A stretch of 64,000 bases of DNA from Alphaproteobacteria bacterium (GTDB lineage Bacteria > Pseudomonadota > Alphaproteobacteria > GCA-2731375), in NCBI GenBank assembly GCA_965232515.1, contig CBDDPY010000002.1:6016001-6080000 (forward strand), read 5' to 3'. Position 1 is the stretch's first letter, and each line of letters begins with the position of its first letter. The translations under genes and the position numbers were made by a program. The notes under the pieces are model-generated. The model was given only the letters and a program-made list of their open reading frames with translations, searched no databases and was not told the DNA's origin. Shown here piece by piece: positions 59,356 through 64,000 of the stretch.

Positions 59356-60027
59356 TTAGTCGGTCAGGGTGTACATCAGGCGATAGAGGCCCGACCGGGC
59401 ACCCGGCGCCGCGCCGCGCGACCGCAGCTTCGCCACGCCCAAGTGCTTGGCGCAGGCCGCGCGCACCTGCTTGGCATCCGTGCCCTCGACCAGCACCACC
59501 CAGTCGACGAGGTTGTCGGCGCCGCCGCGCAGCTCGCGCTGCTCGGTGGTGCCGCCGCCGGTCGCCGCCAGGTCGGCGATCCAGAACTGGCCGCCGACGA
59601 TGCCGCGCTCCTTCGCCACCGCCGGCAGAGCTGTTTTGGCGAGCCAGGTCTCGAGCTCGCGCCGGCGTCCGTCGGCCGGCGACAGCCGGATCGTCGCGGC
59701 GAACGCGCCCCGGCCCCGGCTTTCCCGGTGCCGCAACCGGCAGACCGTGCGCGTGACGTCGCGCATCTTCGGCATGACCTTGCGGGTCCAGTCGGTGGGG
59801 TTGTTCAGCCGGCGCTTATAGGCGCGGGACTGAAACGTGCCAACCTCGTCGGCCTCGTAGAAGGTGAAGTATCTCGGCTTGCCGCCGACGGACTGATAGC
59901 GGGCGCCGCTGCGAAAGCCGGGCACGTCGACCCGCTCGAGCAGATGCTGGCGGTTGTACCACTCGTTGAAGTCGTTCTCGGCCCTGGGCACGATATCCGT
60001 CCAGAAGGCCATGATCCCTTTTGCCAT
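59356..60027 (-). CDS. DUF4286/EthD-like dimeric alpha-beta barrel protein
   Basis: FNEWYNRQHLLERVDVPGF..G.RY, PTDWT. Confidence 0.8.
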   Translation of the reverse strand: MAKGIMAFWTDIVPRAENDFNEWYNRQHLLERVDVPGFRSGARYQSVGGKPRYFTFYEADEVGTFQSRAYKRRLNNPTDWTRKVMPKMRDVTRTVCRLRHRESRGRGAFAATIRLSPADGRRRELETWLAKTALPAVAKERGIVGGQFWIADLAATGGGTTEQRELRGGADNLVDWVVLVEGTDAKQVRAACAKHLGVAKLRSRGAAPGARSGLYRLMYTLTD

Positions 60028-60098
60028 CGGCATTCCCTCCCACTGTCCCGCGCGCGTTGGCGCGGCGGGAGATGGTAGGAGATCGGACGCCGGGAAAT

Positions 60099-61688
60099 CT
60101 AGGGCGCGATGGCGGTCTGTTGGGATTGGCCGGCTTCGCGGACGCGGACCCGGTTGGCCGGGAAGGTCAGCGTCACGGCGGTGCCGACGTCAAGCTCGCT
60201 GTTGAGTTCAAGGTTGCCGCCGTGCAGCTCGATCAGCGATTTCACCAACGGCAGCCCAAGTCCGGTGCCGGCTTCCAGACTGCTGCGTTCGGCGCCGGCG
60301 GCCTGCCCGAACGGCTCCATCACGGTTTCCAGGCAATCCGGCGCGATGCCGATGCCGGTGTCGCGGATCGAGATGCGCAGCGATCCGGCAGGGCTGACCA
60401 GGAATTCAACCGAGATCCGGCCGTCGCCGGGCGTGAATTTTACGGCATTGGACAGCAGGTTCAGGAACATCTGCCGCAGGGAACGGCTGTCGGCAAACAG
60501 ATGCGGCAGGTCGGCGGGCAGGTCGATATCGATGGGCGCGCATTCGGTGTCGCGCCGGGCCCGGGTCAGGCGCACGGCCTCTTCCAATACCGGCTGGATG
60601 TCGATTTCTTCCTCGGACAGCTCGAAACGATTGGCTTCGATCTTCGCCAGATCCAGAAGCCCATTGATCAGGTCCAACAGGTGATCGGCGCTGCTGTAGA
60701 TCAACTCGGCATATTCCTGATAGCGCGGCTCCAGCTCGCCGAACATGCCGAGTTTCATGGTTTCCGAAAAGCCCATGACGGCGTTGAGCGGCGTCCGCAA
60801 CTCGTGGCTCATATGGGTCAGAAATTCCGACTTCGCCTGGCTTGCTGCCTCCGATTCCATCATCGCGTCATAAAGCGCGCCCTCGGCCCGCTTGATGGCG
60901 CTGATATCCTCCGTCAGGGAATAGAAACCGGTCACCGCGCCGTCGTCGCTCAATTTCGGGATGAACGACGTCCGCACGAAGCGTGGACCCGCCGTCTTGT
61001 AGCGCAGCTCTTTTTCGAATTCCGTCGACTTGCCGCTCAGCACGCTCTGAACGTGCGGCCGCAATTCCATATAGGCGTCGTAGCCGACGACCTCGTGCAT
61101 CGCCTTGCCGACAATATCTTCACGGCTGGCCTCGAACCATTCCTCGTGCTGGCGGTTGACCAGCAGATAGCGCTGATCCGCGTCCATGTCCGCCAGCAGA
61201 ACGGGCACCGCATCGGCCACGGCTTGAAGCTCGCCGTTCGTCGATTGCGCGGCCGGTTTGTCGGCGGCGCTTGCCGTCAACACGGCGGCCCAGCAAACTT
61301 CGCCACTCTGCGGGTCTGTCAGACAGAAAGCCTGCACCCTGACCGGGCATTCGCTGCCGTCCTTGCGTTGGAGGATCAGTTCCCCGGCAAACCGCTCGCC
61401 CTTTGTCAGGACAGCCCGCAGACGGGCAAGCGCCGCGCGGGACGTTTTTGCGTCCTGCAGCAACGATGTCGGCTTGCCGACGGCTTCGTTGGCCGCATAG
61501 CCCGTGAGCGCTTCGAACGCGGGGTTCACGTAGACGATTTCCGGCTGCGACGAACCGGTACCGGCCGTGGTGACAACAAGCGCGTCGCTGAGCGCAGCCG
61601 AAAGGGTCTGGACAATGTCCAGCATATGGCTTCCCGGCGGTGCGGCCTCCGCGGAGAGCATTTCAGGTTTCCTCACAGCGTGAGACAC
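60099..61688 (-). CDS. PAS-PAS sensor histidine kinase (PleC/DivJ-like core)
   Basis: YVNPAF PAS, MSHELRTPLNAVMGFSE, NLLSNAVKFT, DTGIG, GTGLGL; start uncertain. Confidence 0.92.
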   Translation of the reverse strand: MSHAVRKPEMLSAEAAPPGSHMLDIVQTLSAALSDALVVTTAGTGSSQPEIVYVNPAFEALTGYAANEAVGKPTSLLQDAKTSRAALARLRAVLTKGERFAGELILQRKDGSECPVRVQAFCLTDPQSGEVCWAAVLTASAADKPAAQSTNGELQAVADAVPVLLADMDADQRYLLVNRQHEEWFEASREDIVGKAMHEVVGYDAYMELRPHVQSVLSGKSTEFEKELRYKTAGPRFVRTSFIPKLSDDGAVTGFYSLTEDISAIKRAEGALYDAMMESEAASQAKSEFLTHMSHELRTPLNAVMGFSETMKLGMFGELEPRYQEYAELIYSSADHLLDLINGLLDLAKIEANRFELSEEEIDIQPVLEEAVRLTRARRDTECAPIDIDLPADLPHLFADSRSLRQMFLNLLSNAVKFTPGDGRISVEFLVSPAGSLRISIRDTGIGIAPDCLETVMEPFGQAAGAERSSLEAGTGLGLPLVKSLIELHGGNLELNSELDVGTAVTLTFPANRVRVREAGQSQQTAIAP

Positions 61689-61793
61689 GCCGCTATTGTT
61701 AGGCTGGAGTGCAGAAAGAAACGTTAAAGACTGGGGTTTTGTTGCCGCGGTTATGTCCGCGCAAGTCGTGTCTTGCTCATATTTTAGGAAACA

Positions 61794-62408
61794 TTATGTG
61801 TTGTGTTTCTCGCGCACCGCCGCGATTTCGGCTTCAAGTTCGGCAATTCGGGCGTGCAGCCTGCCGATCGGCTCGGCGAGGTCGGCCTCGGTAAACCGCG
61901 GCGTGATGTGCTGCGGGCAATTGATGTCCCACATTTCTACCTGGAAGAGGATTGCTCGTTGGGGGACCGCCTGGTCCGCCTCGGGCGCGAGGCTGTGCAG
62001 CAATGCCGGATCGTCCTCCACCACCCGCAGGCGTCCCCACAGCTTGACCCGGCGGCGGTTGGCGTAATCCATGAAGAATATGAAGGCCTTGTCGTTCTCG
62101 GACGCATTGCCGATGGTGATGTATTGCTGGTTGCCGGCGAAATCGGCGAAACCCAGCGTTCGATTGTCCAGGACCTTGATGAACCCGGTCGGGCCGCCGC
62201 GGTGCTGGATGTAGGGCTGGCCGTCGGCGCTGGCGGTGGCGAGATAGAAGGAGTCACGAGCCGCGATAAAGGCCGCGAGATCGCCGTCGATCCGGGTCCG
62301 CCATGAGCCTTTGTCGTCCCGACCGGCATAGGCGGCGCGGGAGCCCAGCCGCTCCTGCACGGCTTTCACGGCGGGACTGAAGGCGACGTCGCTGACGTTT
62401 TCGGGCAT
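61794..62408 (-). CDS. Pyridoxamine 5'-phosphate oxidase-family FMN-binding protein
   Basis: PYIQHRGG, DFAGNQQY, MDY..RRRVK, DINCPQHITPR. Confidence 0.9.
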   Translation of the reverse strand: MPENVSDVAFSPAVKAVQERLGSRAAYAGRDDKGSWRTRIDGDLAAFIAARDSFYLATASADGQPYIQHRGGPTGFIKVLDNRTLGFADFAGNQQYITIGNASENDKAFIFFMDYANRRRVKLWGRLRVVEDDPALLHSLAPEADQAVPQRAILFQVEMWDINCPQHITPRFTEADLAEPIGRLHARIAELEAEIAAVREKHNT

Positions 62409-62434
62409 AAGGAAATCCTTTTATCGACAATGGC

Positions 62435-63892
62435 TTACAGGTCTTTGAACGGCGGCAGTTCCGGCAGCACCTTGCCCGGATTCATCAGATCGTCGGGATC
62501 GAGCGTCCGCTTGAGCCGCCGCATCAGCTCGAGTTCCGTCGCCGACTTGTAGCGGCCGATGGTCTCCCGCTTCAGTTGGCCAAGACCGTGCTCGGCGCTG
62601 ATCGAGCCGCCGAGCACGACGGCAGTCTCTTCCACCGCGTCAATCAAAGCCGGCCAGTGCGCCATGAAGGCGTCCGGCGGCATGGCCAGCGGGCGGCTGA
62701 GATTGAAGTGGATGTTGCCGTCGCCGATATGGCCGAACGGGATCGGCCGGACGCCCGGCACCAGGCCGGCAACGACGGCGCTGGCCCGGTCGATGAAGTC
62801 GGGAATTGCGCCGACGGGCACCGAGGTGTCGTTCTTCAGGTTGCCGGGGTCTTCGACCTGCGCGACGGCCAGACCCTCGCGATAGCGCCAGAGCGCCGCC
62901 GTCTGCCGGGCCGACTGCGCGATCACCGCATTCAGCACGAGGCCGTCATCGATGGCGGCGGCGAGCGCGGCTTCGAGATCCCGAGGCAGGCCGGCCTGCG
63001 CGGCCGCGCCCTAGGCTTCGAGCAGCACCTGCCAGTCATGGCGTTGCCCGAACGGCTCGTGCACCGCGCCGATATGGTCGAAATGCAGGTCCAGCCCGCT
63101 GCGCGGGATCAGCTCGAACGCCGTCACCGTCTCGCCGACGGCGCTTTGCAGCCGGCGCAGCAGCCGAATCGCGTCGGCCGGGTTGGCGACGGCGGCGAGC
63201 GCCGCGGCTTCCACGCCGGGCCGGCGTTGCAGCCGAAGGACGGCGGCCGTGACGATGCCCAGCGTGCCCTCGGCGCCGATGAAGAGCTGCTTCAGATCGT
63301 AGCCCGTATTGTCCTTGCGCAACCCCCTGAGGCCATCCCAGACGCGGCCGTCCGGCAGCACGACCTCGAGGCCCAGCACCTGCTCGCGCATGTTGCCGTG
63401 GCGCAGCACGGCATTGCCGCCGGCATTGGTGGCGATATTGCCGCCGATCTGGCTGCTGCCTTCGCCGCCATGGCTGACCGGAAACAGGCGGTCATGCTCG
63501 GCCGCGGCGGTCTGTGTCTGGACCAGCGTGCAGCCGGCCTCGACAGTGATCGTGTCGTTCGCCAGATCGATGTCGCGGATGCGGTTCAGGCCGGCGAGCG
63601 CGACGACCACCTGGTCCCCGCTTTCGTCGGGAATGGCGCCGCCGCAGAATCCGGTATTGCCGCCCTGCGGTACCAGGGCCACGCCCGCATCCCGGCAGGC
63701 CCGGACGACGGCGGCGACCTGTTCGGTGGTCTTCGGCCGGGCGACAGCGGCCGGTCGGCCCTGATGCAGGCCGATGACATCGCGGCCGAAGCCGGCTAGG
63801 TCTTCCGGCGCGCGCAGCAGGCCGCCCGGTCCCAGAATGGCGTCGATCCGGTCGAGGGCGATCTCCAGATCGGGCTTGGCGGTGCGTCGCAT
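62435..63892 (-). pseudogene. FAD-linked oxidase (D-2-hydroxyacid dehydrogenase-like) with one in-frame TAG at 63011-63013
   Basis: PQGGNTG, GGNIATNAGG, KDNTGYDL, GHIGDGNIH, SAEHG, NPGK in one frame across the stop (WQVLLEA*GAAAQAG). Confidence 0.8.
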
Positions 63893-63979
63893 GGGCGCAT
63901 TAGAGGCGGGCCGACGCCTGTCGGCAAGCGTGCTAAGTTCCCGCCAACGTGGAATTCGCGGGGAAAGAGACGGCGAGAC

Positions 63980-64000
63980 ATGACCTGGATAAAGACGGTG
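63980..64000 (+). CDS. Start of next gene (MTWIKTV...), product not determinable
   Basis: ATG after a purine-rich leader; only 7 codons visible. Confidence 0.4.

Noticed and set aside
63011-63013. Genome-wide TAG recoding or pyrrolysine
   Set aside because: TAG terminates several full-length genes in the window and no pyl genes are present

Overview
High-GC alphaproteobacterial chromosomal segment (PleC/DivJ-type kinase, TTT transporter, recQ, pepN, prfC, alphaproteobacterial-type palindromic repeats); about 65 genes. I found no rRNA, tRNA, CRISPR array, integrase or transposase. All product calls come from reading motifs in the translations, with no database searches. Main content: (1) a ~24 kb catabolic island (2.6-26.5 kb) for an unidentified substrate, with lactonase, epimerase, GNAT, two DHDPS-fold proteins, two Gfo/Idh/MocA oxidoreductases, a TIM-barrel epimerase, an enolase-superfamily enzyme, two Fe/2OG dioxygenases, and ABC and TTT transporters. 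Three copies of a TAACCAnnTGGTTA operator link it to a TetR gene and to a truncated MetE-like Zn enzyme. (2) A stand-alone small transcription unit (promoter, 17-nt perfect complement of the 16S rRNA 3' end, 32-codon ORF, terminator), converging on an uncharacterised M15 peptidase + lipoprotein + 109-aa operon. (3) A Bad/Ali-like alicyclic-acid CoA pathway. (4) Several unannotated small ORFs, three cruciform repeats with compensatory variation, a REP doublet, and an FAD oxidase gene interrupted by a single in-frame TAG.
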